The notes below the pieces were generated by a model. The model searched no databases, had not been told where the DNA came from, and saw only the letters and a program-made list of their open reading frames with translations. From a virus (Duplodnaviria > Caudoviricetes), in IMG/VR virus record IMGVR_UViG_3300021136_000695, positions 1 through 32,124 of that record: DNA of 32,124 nt. The stretch is one strand, 5' to 3'. The translations under genes and the position numbers were made by a program. Each line of letters begins with the position of its first letter. Position 1 is the first letter of the stretch. Positions 9,478 to 17,469 of this stretch are shown in pieces.

Positions 9478-10498
9478 TTAAATATTGGTTATTTATGGCC
9501 TTAAAACTAATGACTTCCTCTCCCTCTACTTCTACTGACTTGAAGACCAATCCCTCACGAATAGCTGCATTAAGAGAAGGGCCAGCACCAGCAAAAGCTA
9601 GGATTTTGTCCATAGTGTCATGACTTACAAATACAGGGTAAGATTCATGTAGAATGGGTACAGTCTTTAGTTGGGGTAGAAGAGAAAGAACCTCTTTTCT
9701 TTCAGGAGCAGTAAGATGGCGGCGTTTATCAATGTCCCAAATATCAAAGACATAGAATTCCTGGCCCTTGATTTTTTCAGGATTGTTTTGGATGCCTTCT
9801 CCAATAAGCTCCCCTTGAATAGCGATATTTCTACCAATGCGAGTCAGGTCTTCACGAAGATTTAGTTTGTTTGCTGTATTCCAGAAAGAATTGCAGGTAT
9901 CTTCTTTCAAATCCAAATTACGACTGCAAACTCCAAAATCTTCATCCTTTTTGTAGACAGTCATAGAAGATCCATCAAGTTTAATGGACACTTCAAACTT
10001 CTTGTCCTTGTATTTCTCAAAATAATGGGTTAGATTTTGAATACGTTCCTGATCCGTCTTACGAATGAAAGGTGGGAACATTCCTTTTACTAGTCCTGCA
10101 AGTTGAGCAGGGACTGGGGGCTCCCATTTCTGGATACCTAACAGTTCTGTGAGGTCTGTGCCCTCTTCAAGCCCTTGAACCTTATCCTTGATAGTTTCCT
10201 CCCATAGAGGTAGCAGAAGACCTTGGGATACTTGATTTCTTAGTTTCACGGTCTTCAGGCGTTCTCCCTCAACTTCGTTGTAAACCTTCGGGAAATGGTC
10301 TGGTTTGGTCAGGAACGGGGCTACAGCCGTTGGAATCCAAGAATCTACCTCAAAGTAGCAGGCTAGGTCTCCAACTTCATAAAGACCCTTCTGGCAAACT
10401 ACCTTCCAGCCCTTGATTGTGGCCACTTCAATCTTATCTGCATCTGGAATAGGGTCCAATGCTAGAACCTTTTCAATGCTTGCTAGAATTCTTTCCAT
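9461..10498 (-). CDS. RNA ligase, Rnl2/DRB0094-like, with N-terminal OB-fold-like domain
   Basis: KLDGSS (motif I adenylated Lys), IQGELIG, FYVFDI, REGLVFK, SFKAIN; N-terminal PIPDADKIEVATIKGWKVV. Confidence 0.92.
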   Translation of the reverse strand: MERILASIEKVLALDPIPDADKIEVATIKGWKVVCQKGLYEVGDLACYFEVDSWIPTAVAPFLTKPDHFPKVYNEVEGERLKTVKLRNQVSQGLLLPLWEETIKDKVQGLEEGTDLTELLGIQKWEPPVPAQLAGLVKGMFPPFIRKTDQERIQNLTHYFEKYKDKKFEVSIKLDGSSMTVYKKDEDFGVCSRNLDLKEDTCNSFWNTANKLNLREDLTRIGRNIAIQGELIGEGIQNNPEKIKGQEFYVFDIWDIDKRRHLTAPERKEVLSLLPQLKTVPILHESYPVFVSHDTMDKILAFAGAGPSLNAAIREGLVFKSVEVEGEEVISFKAINNQYLITHGG

Positions 10499-10513
10499 CT
10501 TATTCTCCTAAAC

Positions 10514-10545
10514 AAAAGAACTCCCTTAGACTACTAAGGGAGTTC
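10514..10545 (-). terminator. intrinsic terminator after rIIB
   Basis: Perfect 12-bp stem GAACTCCCTTAG/CTAAGGGAGTTC with a 4-nt loop, followed by TTTTGTTT on the minus strand. Confidence 0.85.
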
Positions 10546-10565
10546 CATACTTACTTCCCTTTTTC

Positions 10566-11660
10566 TTAACGGTCTCCCAAGCTCTTAGCAATTTTCTGGA
10601 TGGCTGAGAGGGCATTACCAACCACCGAAGGAGAAGGCTTGGCACCCTCACGCTCAATGTGGAAGAAAGCGTTAAGGCTAAGGTTCATGAAATTGGCAAC
10701 GGTCAGAGCAGTGAGGCCAGCGGCCAAACGAGCCCTACGAACAGGGTTGGTGATGCCAGTGATGATGTGGTTACCCTCTTCTTCAGCAAGCTGGTCTGGA
10801 TCGGGGTCAAAGTCACAATGGCATTCATCGGGCTCATACCCACATTCCTGGCAAAGATCCTCAGGATTAATGGAGTCATCACCTTCAAACTCATCATCCC
10901 AATCTGCAACGGAAGAAGACCAAGCCTCATAACGCTGGACATCGGTTCCGCCGTACTCCTCAACCACTTCATACTTGCAGCAGCGGCCCTTGGCGAAATT
11001 GTAATCACTGGGGATACTGGTAACATCCTTGGGGTTGATCTTCACGATCATCACACGCTCACCACCGAAGCAAGTCAGGTAGGATAAGCCACAGAAATGA
11101 AGGCCAGTAGAACAATGGTTTTCACGGACAGGATCGCAGATATTGCGGTCCATCTCCACAACAGCACCTACAGAGTTGTCAATGGTGCCGGTGTAACAGT
11201 CCTTGTAATCCTCACGAACCTTCTTGTAGGCCAAGAAACAACCATCAAGGGTCAGAGGCAGGACGTTGGTTTCCATAAAATCATAGAGTTCGTTGATGGC
11301 AGTCTGGCTGGGATTGGCAAACAGATTGCGACAGAAAGCCAACAGGGGCTCAGTATCAAATCCATCACGCCAGAGATCAGCAATACGATCAGACAGGACA
11401 TTGTTGAGAGGTTCCAGGTTCCAGTAGACTTCCCCAGTTTCCTTATTGAACCACAGTTCATTGCCTGTGGTAGAGAGCTTATTGGCGATGTTGAAGCGGG
11501 TCTCAACATCAGACCAGTCACCACTCTTCTGAGCAGCACGGATAGAGTTGAGAACTTCAGCAAACATTGAGTGGGAGCGGTCCATTGTGTAGTTAACGGC
11601 TCCGATTACTGCGGTAACAGAGTCACCAGTCAAGATGAATGCTCCGGTCTTATTACTCAT
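10566..11660 (-). CDS. rIIB: rIIB-like protein with C-terminal acidic/Cys segment and XRE-type HTH
   Basis: NLFANPS..AINELYDF, LTLDGCFLAYKKVREDYKD, DNSVGAVVEMDR, CSTGLH, VKINPKDVTSIPSDYN.AKGRCCKYEVV are characteristic rIIB motifs; lies directly downstream of rIIA. Confidence 0.9.
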   Translation of the reverse strand: MSNKTGAFILTGDSVTAVIGAVNYTMDRSHSMFAEVLNSIRAAQKSGDWSDVETRFNIANKLSTTGNELWFNKETGEVYWNLEPLNNVLSDRIADLWRDGFDTEPLLAFCRNLFANPSQTAINELYDFMETNVLPLTLDGCFLAYKKVREDYKDCYTGTIDNSVGAVVEMDRNICDPVRENHCSTGLHFCGLSYLTCFGGERVMIVKINPKDVTSIPSDYNFAKGRCCKYEVVEEYGGTDVQRYEAWSSSVADWDDEFEGDDSINPEDLCQECGYEPDECHCDFDPDPDQLAEEEGNHIITGITNPVRRARLAAGLTALTVANFMNLSLNAFFHIEREGAKPSPSVVGNALSAIQKIAKSLGDR

Positions 11661-11677
11661 GTATTCCTCCTTTTGTA

Positions 11678-13852
11678 TTATACTGCCTTAGCGGTTGCTT
11701 CATTCTCTTTTTCTTCAAGAAGATCCATAGCGGTCATATATCGAACCATTGAAAGCAGTTCGGCATAATCGGCCCTCCAAGTATTGAAGCTAGCAAGAGG
11801 GTACTTTTTATCAAACCTGTTCTTTTCGTTTTGAAGCTTGGTAAGGGTTCCGTCCATACTAAGACTAATTCCACGGAAATATTGATTGATGCGGCAAACA
11901 TCCTGGAACTGAGTTTTAACTGCATCTGACTCGTGAACCATAATCCTAACTTTCTCACAGAACTGAATGAAAGGATGTTCTTTGTAAGACTGGAAAAGAG
12001 GCATGTCTAGCATAGACTTATTCATGTTGGGAAGATTGAGGTTGGAGAAAGAAACGTTTGCACAAGACAATTTGTCCAGGAGAGTAGGGGTCATCATGGC
12101 ATAGAATTTGTCCACGATTTTGTTGATATTAACCCAACTATCCAGATTTTCCTCATCCTTAGCAATGGCTTTCTGCATAGCGGGAGAGCCAGAGAAAATC
12201 AGAGCATCCTCTTCGATAAGACCAAGACGCTTCAAGGAAGCCACAACGTTCAAGAAATCAGTAGTATAGCCACTATCCTCATTCAAAGGCTTATTGCGAA
12301 GTGTGGGGATATAATACTTAGTGTCAGCGTCCAGAGCCTCATCAGTGGCAGGCATCCAGGCATAGCGCCATTCGCTGTTGGAAGTTCGAAGAGTGGTGAA
12401 GGTTTCACGATTGACTTTGGTTCCCGCAATCTTTTCCTTCTTAGGAATCAGAGCCCTAATGTCGGAAGAGGGCTTAATAGTAGCACCACCAAGAACTTCC
12501 AGGAACTTAGCGACAGCGGCTTCATAGGCTTCAACAGAATGAGTAGGAGTTCCGTCAATTGCGGCTCCCCCCATCTTCTTAAAGGACACGATATAGCGAG
12601 GAGGAGTGTTGCAAAGAGTGCAATCCTTGAAATACTTGCGGTAGAGGGACCTGCTACCACGAGTCTCCACATCCTGGATGATCATGATATCTTCATCGGG
12701 GATAACCGTGAAATGATCGTAACGATCATCTTCAGAGATAGTCCTACGATGACCACTGATTTGAAGAGTGGTGAACTTAATCGCCGGGTAATCAGCCTGC
12801 TTGATAGTCAGGAAATCAGTGAGAGGAGCAGAGTTCCAATTAAAGTTGGTATTACGAACAATCTGGTAAAGAGGCCCATTATGCTTGAAATGATAGAGCT
12901 TTTTCATTGCTTCCCACTTAGTCGGGCAGGCATCAATTTCCTTCTTGATTTCAGCCATCATTTCTGCCTTGACCTTCTCAAGCTTGGTGATAATGTTGGC
13001 AGTAGTGATCTTATTCATGGAAAGAGTTTCACGAGAAGCTGCGACTTCAAGCTCACCGATAGGGAAGAAAAGATCCACGCCGGAGCCGTTAAGAAGAGCG
13101 GACAGATGCTCATGGCGACCACTAATAGCCGGAACCGTATAGGCAACCACACCCTGGACAGCCCTAGCATTGCCACCCTCTTCACGAATAGCCCAGCCAT
13201 CCCCCTTAAGAACATATTTGGGCTGACTGATACTGATGGCCTTACCAGTGATCTTGGGGATGACCGGGAAGTAGCGAAGGGCTACCATGGCCTTATAGGA
13301 AAAGTCGTAGAAATCGTGCTGCTTGACAGGGAACTGAACCTCAAGACCAGTCCGCTCTCCCGCAGATTCCTCTTCTCCCATCTTTACGATGGTGGGCATC
13401 CCCTCTTCCGTGAGGTAGGCAGAGTACACCTTCTTAACGCCAGCAAAATAGGAAGTGACGGTGAAAGAATCAGTGTAGCTGAAGGGGGACTTGGAACCAA
13501 GACCAAGGGCTCCAATATACTCATTGGACTGCATCTTGGTGGACTGGAAGTAGCTGGTATAGAGGTCGTAAATGTCCTTTTCTTCAAGACCAGGGCCGAA
13601 GTCCCCCACCTTGAAGAAAGGTTCGAAATTATTGGGAAGATGGACCTCGAAAGGCTTTTCCTGATTGCCATTTGCCACATGAGCATCATAGGCATTACAG
13701 GAAAGTTCACGGATGACAGCAGTCACCTTGTCGGAATAGAGGCCATCACTGAGGATCTTGAAAGCCTTTGCAGTTGCCTGGATGGTAAATGTATGTGACG
13801 TACCAGTCACACCACCCATTTCAAGCTTGTTGCATTCCCCTTGAGTCTTCAT
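11678..13852 (-). CDS. rIIA: rIIA-like protein with N-terminal GHKL/Hsp90-like ATPase domain
   Basis: KAFKILSDGLYSDKVTAVIRELSCNAYDAH, DFGPGL, YTSYFQSTK, IGALGLGSKSPFSYT, GELEVAASRETLS. Confidence 0.92.
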   Translation of the reverse strand: MKTQGECNKLEMGGVTGTSHTFTIQATAKAFKILSDGLYSDKVTAVIRELSCNAYDAHVANGNQEKPFEVHLPNNFEPFFKVGDFGPGLEEKDIYDLYTSYFQSTKMQSNEYIGALGLGSKSPFSYTDSFTVTSYFAGVKKVYSAYLTEEGMPTIVKMGEEESAGERTGLEVQFPVKQHDFYDFSYKAMVALRYFPVIPKITGKAISISQPKYVLKGDGWAIREEGGNARAVQGVVAYTVPAISGRHEHLSALLNGSGVDLFFPIGELEVAASRETLSMNKITTANIITKLEKVKAEMMAEIKKEIDACPTKWEAMKKLYHFKHNGPLYQIVRNTNFNWNSAPLTDFLTIKQADYPAIKFTTLQISGHRRTISEDDRYDHFTVIPDEDIMIIQDVETRGSRSLYRKYFKDCTLCNTPPRYIVSFKKMGGAAIDGTPTHSVEAYEAAVAKFLEVLGGATIKPSSDIRALIPKKEKIAGTKVNRETFTTLRTSNSEWRYAWMPATDEALDADTKYYIPTLRNKPLNEDSGYTTDFLNVVASLKRLGLIEEDALIFSGSPAMQKAIAKDEENLDSWVNINKIVDKFYAMMTPTLLDKLSCANVSFSNLNLPNMNKSMLDMPLFQSYKEHPFIQFCEKVRIMVHESDAVKTQFQDVCRINQYFRGISLSMDGTLTKLQNEKNRFDKKYPLASFNTWRADYAELLSMVRYMTAMDLLEEKENEATAKAV

Positions 13853-13872
13853 GGTTCTCCTTGGATACAGCT

Positions 13873-13880
13873 ATTATACT
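13873..13880 (-). promoter_or_regulatory. AGTATAAT promoter-like motif upstream of rIIA
   Basis: Minus strand reads CAGTATAATAGCTGTATCCAAGGAGAACCATG, i.e. motif, RBS and start in order. Confidence 0.65.
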
Positions 13881-13884
13881 GGGG

Positions 13885-14556
13885 CTAGACGAAGTTCTTA
13901 CCAGAAAATTTTGACCAACCTTTGTGGGATTTTCGTCTACCAGCAGCTACTTTATGCATAGAGAGGTAATTTAGGTCTTGTACCCTACAAAATTCTCGCA
14001 GATTAGTAACGGTTTGAGGTTCCCCTGCTGGGTTTAAAAATTGATAAGTTTTTACTGTAGCTTTTAAAGCATTTTGGTAGGCTAAATCCGACAATTTTTG
14101 CCCTTTGTACATTTGCCTTAACTTCTCTTTGTTTACTTCTGACAGGGTTTGACCTTGATGAGCCTCCGACATTCTCTTTTTGCTCTCTTCTGAAGCTTTT
14201 TTGCCTAAATTCCTGCTCCTCATCTTTTCTTTTAAGGCTTCTGAGACTAGAGAAACTACCCCTCCTCCTGCTCTAAGATTATAGCCTTGGGGCACCATTG
14301 TATCTAATTTTATTACAAACTCAACTTCTTTTATGTTTAGCTCTTCTCTGGAATTACACTCACATAAAATTTCCACTGAAAAGTTGTCCCATCCATATTT
14401 TTGAATGGCCCAAGCAATGGGCATATTTTTATAGGTGGCTGAAGATAAAAAACGATGACCTCTAACCCTTTTTTCAAGCGACTGAGCGGTTTGACCTACA
14501 TATTTTTTATTTGTTATTTTATTAGTGATGCAATATACGAGCATGTATCTCCCCAT
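13885..14556 (-). CDS. free-standing GIY-YIG homing endonuclease with NUMOD3-like repeats
   Basis: LVYCITNKITNKKYVGQT...RVRGH, AIQKYGWDNF, E.EFV, GYNL, SEESKKRMSEAH, and a C-terminal NLREFCR...HKGW domain. Confidence 0.9.
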   Translation of the reverse strand: MGRYMLVYCITNKITNKKYVGQTAQSLEKRVRGHRFLSSATYKNMPIAWAIQKYGWDNFSVEILCECNSREELNIKEVEFVIKLDTMVPQGYNLRAGGGVVSLVSEALKEKMRSRNLGKKASEESKKRMSEAHQGQTLSEVNKEKLRQMYKGQKLSDLAYQNALKATVKTYQFLNPAGEPQTVTNLREFCRVQDLNYLSMHKVAAGRRKSHKGWSKFSGKNFV

Positions 14557-14566
14557 ATATTACCCC

Positions 14567-14989
14567 CTAAAGTTTGTTTTTAAGCTCTTCTCTTATTTTC
14601 ATTAGAACTTTGCCCAATACATTTTCACCAATTCCATCACATACTCCAAAATGAGTGTCTCCCCAGGTGTTACCTTCGATGAGTTCTTCATCTCCAGTCT
14701 GGAGCAGGAGTCTCCCTAGGGTAGGATTTTGGGTAAATTTTGCCAAGCAAATCTCATACATGACCTGATTTTTAACCTCTTCCCAATCTGCACGAAGAGG
14801 GAGGTTCTTTCCCAGACGCTTGGCCTGACCGGGTTCAAGTTCCAAGAACCACAATTTTTTAGTGGGGTCAAAGGTCTTGGAAGCCTGATAAGCGGCTTCT
14901 GAATTACGATAGGTGAGTCCTTCATAGACCACCTGACTGATCCAAAAATTGGAGAGGAAGCGATAGTAACCTGAAAAAGAGTTAATCAC
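14567..14989 (-). CDS. NADAR (YbiA-like) family protein
   Basis: FLSNF, SEAAYQASK, AKRLG, RADWEEVK..VM...CLAKFTQNP.L..LLLQTG...LIEGNTWGD..FG...GENVLGK.LM.IRE. Start placed at GTG 14989, overlapping the upstream ORF's stop. Confidence 0.92.
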   Translation of the reverse strand: MINSFSGYYRFLSNFWISQVVYEGLTYRNSEAAYQASKTFDPTKKLWFLELEPGQAKRLGKNLPLRADWEEVKNQVMYEICLAKFTQNPTLGRLLLQTGDEELIEGNTWGDTHFGVCDGIGENVLGKVLMKIREELKNKL

Positions 14990-15155
14990 GCTTGTACCCC
15001 AGTTCCAGAACGGCATACTTATAAAGCTGAAGGATCAGTTCGTTTCTGGGGTCCATAAAACCAGGGAGCGTGGACTGAACCACGGGACATCCATGCATGT
15101 AATCTGCTGTGAACTTATCCAGAGCAGCAAAGAGTTCTTCCTTTTTCATTTCCAT
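14982..15155 (-). CDS. small hypothetical protein (57 aa)
   Basis: Below the track's length cut-off. Manual translation MEMKKEELFAALDKFTADYMHGCPVVQSTLPGFMDPRNELILQLYKYAVLELGYKRD; tiles exactly between its neighbours. Confidence 0.65.
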   Translation of the reverse strand: MEMKKEELFAALDKFTADYMHGCPVVQSTLPGFMDPRNELILQLYKYAVLELGYKRD

Positions 15156-15446
15156 TTAACCCCTCGCATTCAAAAGAATATTCAGCCCCATCTCATAACC
15201 CTCTTCGGAGAGCCCAATACCTTTAGCTGCCATTTCAGCCGCCATCCTCTCATACCAACGGCGAAGGGTATAATCTCTATCCTCTTTGGTTGGATTGAGA
15301 ATCTTTTGAGCTTCTGGAATAGAATTAGCGAAGCCTAAGATTTCATATTTCCCATATTTGTTGTAATCACCTTCGTAGCCAGTGATAAAACGATCTCCAC
15401 CAAACTTACTGTGAAGAACAATGAAAGGCATGATGCGAGAATCCAT
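15156..15446 (-). CDS. hypothetical protein (96 aa, MDSRIMPF...)
   Basis: Restarting at ATG 15446 removes the track ORF's long overlap with the upstream gene and gives tight tiling. Confidence 0.65.
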   Translation of the reverse strand: MDSRIMPFIVLHSKFGGDRFITGYEGDYNKYGKYEILGFANSIPEAQKILNPTKEDRDYTLRRWYERMAAEMAAKGIGLSEEGYEMGLNILLNARG

Positions 15447-15447
15447 A

Positions 15448-15774
15448 TCAGAATTCCCAGCAGTAATAGTAACGAGCGTGACCCAGGCTAATGCTAGAGA
15501 AGCTCTTGCTTCCAACATATTTCCCGGTTTTCTTGGAAATCTTAGCCTTGACCACACCGTTGAGAGGCTTGTCCCAATCAATGATCCATTCCTGGTGGCC
15601 CATGCCCAGTTTCTTGGTGGTATCGGCATGGTGTTCGTACTCAGTAAGCTCCAAGTAGAGGTAGGCGGGGGTTTCCTTGATAGCCAAAACCTTTGCTGGG
15701 TGAGAATCTGAGCCATAGCTAATGGTGGCCTCAAGGCCCTCGTGGATGTCCATTTCTTTGCCGTTGATTAGCAT
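15448..15774 (-). CDS. hypothetical protein (108 aa, MLINGKEM...YYCWEF)
   Basis: ATG 15774 is preceded by an AGGGAG RBS and a TATAAT box. Confidence 0.7.
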   Translation of the reverse strand: MLINGKEMDIHEGLEATISYGSDSHPAKVLAIKETPAYLYLELTEYEHHADTTKKLGMGHQEWIIDWDKPLNGVVKAKISKKTGKYVGSKSFSSISLGHARYYYCWEF

Positions 15775-15780
15775 AATGTG

Positions 15781-15818
15781 AATCTCCCTATGCCTATTAT
15801 ACCGAGCATAGGGAGATT
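15781..15818 (-). promoter_or_regulatory. 13-bp inverted repeat with the -10 box in the loop and the RBS in the 3' arm
   Basis: Minus strand reads AATCTCCCTATGC-TCGGTATAATAG-GCATAGGGAGATT. Confidence 0.75.
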
Positions 15819-15884
15819 TCATACTAATTATTTTTTAATTTGTTGCCACCACACTGGCAGGTAGTTTAAAGGGGCTAATACTGA

Positions 15885-16079
15885 TTATTCTACTAAAAAT
15901 TTTATGCTAGAGTTGTCATTCAAATGATGCAAGGCTTTAATGGTTTTGTAATTTCCCTCTAGCTCTGCTAGCTCAAGAAATATACTAAAATGGGCTTGTA
16001 CATGAGCGGCCATTAGTTTGCGCCTCTCTAATTTAATTCCTTCAAGGGCCTTAATCATGCGCTGATCGTCCGTAGCCAT
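15885..16079 (-). CDS. small hypothetical protein (64 aa)
   Basis: ATG with a GGAGG RBS. Confidence 0.65.
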   Translation of the reverse strand: MATDDQRMIKALEGIKLERRKLMAAHVQAHFSIFLELAELEGNYKTIKALHHLNDNSSIKFLVE

Positions 16080-16133
16080 TCCGCCCTCCGTAATGAAGCC
16101 TACAAAAGAGGAATGGCTACTGATTTATTTTAT

Positions 16134-16355
16134 TTACTTTCCAACCACGCCTTCGGCTAGAATACGAGTTACTCCATTGCCATGCCAGGGGGTCTGGACT
16201 ACACGATAACAGTCCTGTCCATCAGCATCCTGGTAAAGAGCAACATTGATGGCCCCATTCCAAGAAGCGGCGGTAGTGGAAAGCCCCGAATTTTTGGTGC
16301 CACAACGAGTAACCCCGCCTCGGCTACCCTGCATTACTCCGTAAAAATGACTCAT
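16134..16355 (-). CDS. small hypothetical phage protein (73 aa, MSHFYG...)
   Basis: AAGGAG RBS; ATGA overlap with the upstream ORF. Confidence 0.75.
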   Translation of the reverse strand: MSHFYGVMQGSRGGVTRCGTKNSGLSTTAASWNGAINVALYQDADGQDCYRVVQTPWHGNGVTRILAEGVVGK

Positions 16356-16588
16356 ACTTGCTCCTTTTTATCCGTTTCCGGAGGAATAGTTCGATGTCCA
16401 AACTTTGTAGCAACAGACCACTTACTTTTATAGTCATCTGGGTGAGTGATAGTGGCTAAAACCTGTTTACAGTGAGAGCATTCCATAAACCGCAGAAGGG
16501 ATGTGTGGTCATCTGCATCCTTTGGGGGCAACCAGTCTTCAAGTAAAACGTGGTATTGATGACCTTTAAAATAACAAAGTAGTCTCAT
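16352..16588 (-). CDS. small putative Zn-binding hypothetical protein (78 aa)
   Basis: C...GH near the N-terminus plus CSHC; AGGAG RBS and AGTATAAT (16610-16617) upstream. Confidence 0.7.
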   Translation of the reverse strand: MRLLCYFKGHQYHVLLEDWLPPKDADDHTSLLRFMECSHCKQVLATITHPDDYKSKWSVATKFGHRTIPPETDKKEQV

Positions 16589-16651
16589 TAGGACGTAGCT
16601 CCTGCATTCATTATACTAGACGGATTAAGATTTCATTACAAGTATTTTTGA

Positions 16652-16795
16652 TCAAGTCACAATACTCATGAGTGCATAAGAAATTTCTCTCTCCACCAGT
16701 TCTTTAAGACACTCTTCTTTCCATACTTTACCACCAAAATCAGTGGTCAGAAGCTGTGTTCTGAGTTGGGATGTAGTCATATCTTTTGGTTCCAT
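16652..16795 (-). CDS. small hypothetical protein (47 aa)
   Basis: Manual translation MEPKDMTTSQLRTQLLTTDFGGKVWKEECLKELVEREISYALMSIVT; GAGG RBS and an AGTATAGT motif (16814-16821) upstream. Confidence 0.6.
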   Translation of the reverse strand: MEPKDMTTSQLRTQLLTTDFGGKVWKEECLKELVEREISYALMSIVT

Positions 16796-16825
16796 GATTA
16801 CCTCTTCCCCCATACTATACTAGCT

Positions 16826-16870
16826 AAAAAAGAAAGTTGCCCCAAGAATTTTTGAACTCTTGGGGCAACT
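16826..16870 (-). terminator. intrinsic terminator
   Basis: 13-bp perfect stem AGTTGCCCCAAGA/TCTTGGGGCAACT followed by TTCTTTTTT on the minus strand. Confidence 0.88.
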
Positions 16871-16901
16871 ATTATCTAAATGATATTATTATTTAAATTG
16901 A

Positions 16902-17120
16902 TTACTTCTTTACAGGAGCAACCACAACCTTCTTCTCGGACTTGACAGTCTTGGCCTTCTTGCTCTTCTTGACAGTCTTGGCCTTCTTCACTGGAGCCTT
17001 CTTAACCACAGCCTTAGGAGCTACGGAAGCCACAGAAGCGGCAGGCTTGACAGCAGCGGGGGCCTGAGCGAAAGCTAGGGTTCCAGCAGCGAGTAGTAGG
17101 ACTAATAGGGACTTCTTCAT
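16902..17120 (-). CDS. small secreted Lys/Ala/Val-rich basic protein
   Basis: Sec signal peptide MKKSLLVLLLAAGTLAFA; low-complexity basic mature region; AAGGAG RBS, its own promoter-like motif (17165-17172) and a terminator. Confidence 0.8.
   Translation of the reverse strand: MKKSLLVLLLAAGTLAFAQAPAAVKPAASVASVAPKAVVKKAPVKKAKTVKKSKKAKTVKSEKKVVVAPVKK
16941..16988. repeat. 21-bp direct repeat, 27-bp period, encoding KKAKTVK twice
   Basis: cttgacagtcttggccttctt occurs at 16941-16961 and 16968-16988. Confidence 0.9.
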
Positions 17121-17218
17121 TTTGACTCTCCTTAAAATGGCACACAGGCCGGTAGAGGTACTTACTTATACTGCTATTTTTATGCCAAATTTTATAAACT
17201 GATTTAATTGAAGTTACT

Positions 17219-17335
17219 TTATTTTCCTGTGCTTCCAAACCCTCCTGTGCCGCGAACTGCATCACTAGAGTTGCATTTTGCACGAGATATTGGAGCGAAT
17301 ACCATCTGAGCAATACGATCCCTAAAAATCTCTAT
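17219..17335 (-). pseudogene. dut: orphan 3' fragment of a dUTPase gene (motifs 4 and 5)
   Basis: Manual translation IEIFRDRIAQMVFAPISRAKCNSSDAVRGTGGFGSTGK*; in-frame TAG immediately upstream; motifs 1-3 absent. Confidence 0.88.
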
Positions 17336-17469
17336 CTAAGAGAAGTTCACCAGTTTTGGAGTAATAATCGCTTCTGCATTCATGACAAAATTCAAGTTTA
17401 CGCGCCTCTGGAGTCGCATTCCTATTTTGGAGTCTAAAATCTAAAGCATTACATATAAGGATTCAAAAT

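Noticed and set aside
12539-13798. 419-aa plus-strand ORF antisense to rIIA (and similar ones over rIIB)
   Set aside because: Codon-aligned shadow frame explained by codon bias in the real gene; no protein-like motifs.
17014-17313. 99-aa minus-strand ORF in the track
   Set aside because: Wrong frame: it overlaps the dUTPase remnant and the secreted peptide gene, both better supported.
17336-17338. In-frame TAG before the dUTPase remnant as a sign of TAG recoding
   Set aside because: Long genes are intact in the standard code and several end plausibly at TAG (13885, 14567, 21502, 25320). Read-through would still not restore dUTPase motifs 1-3.
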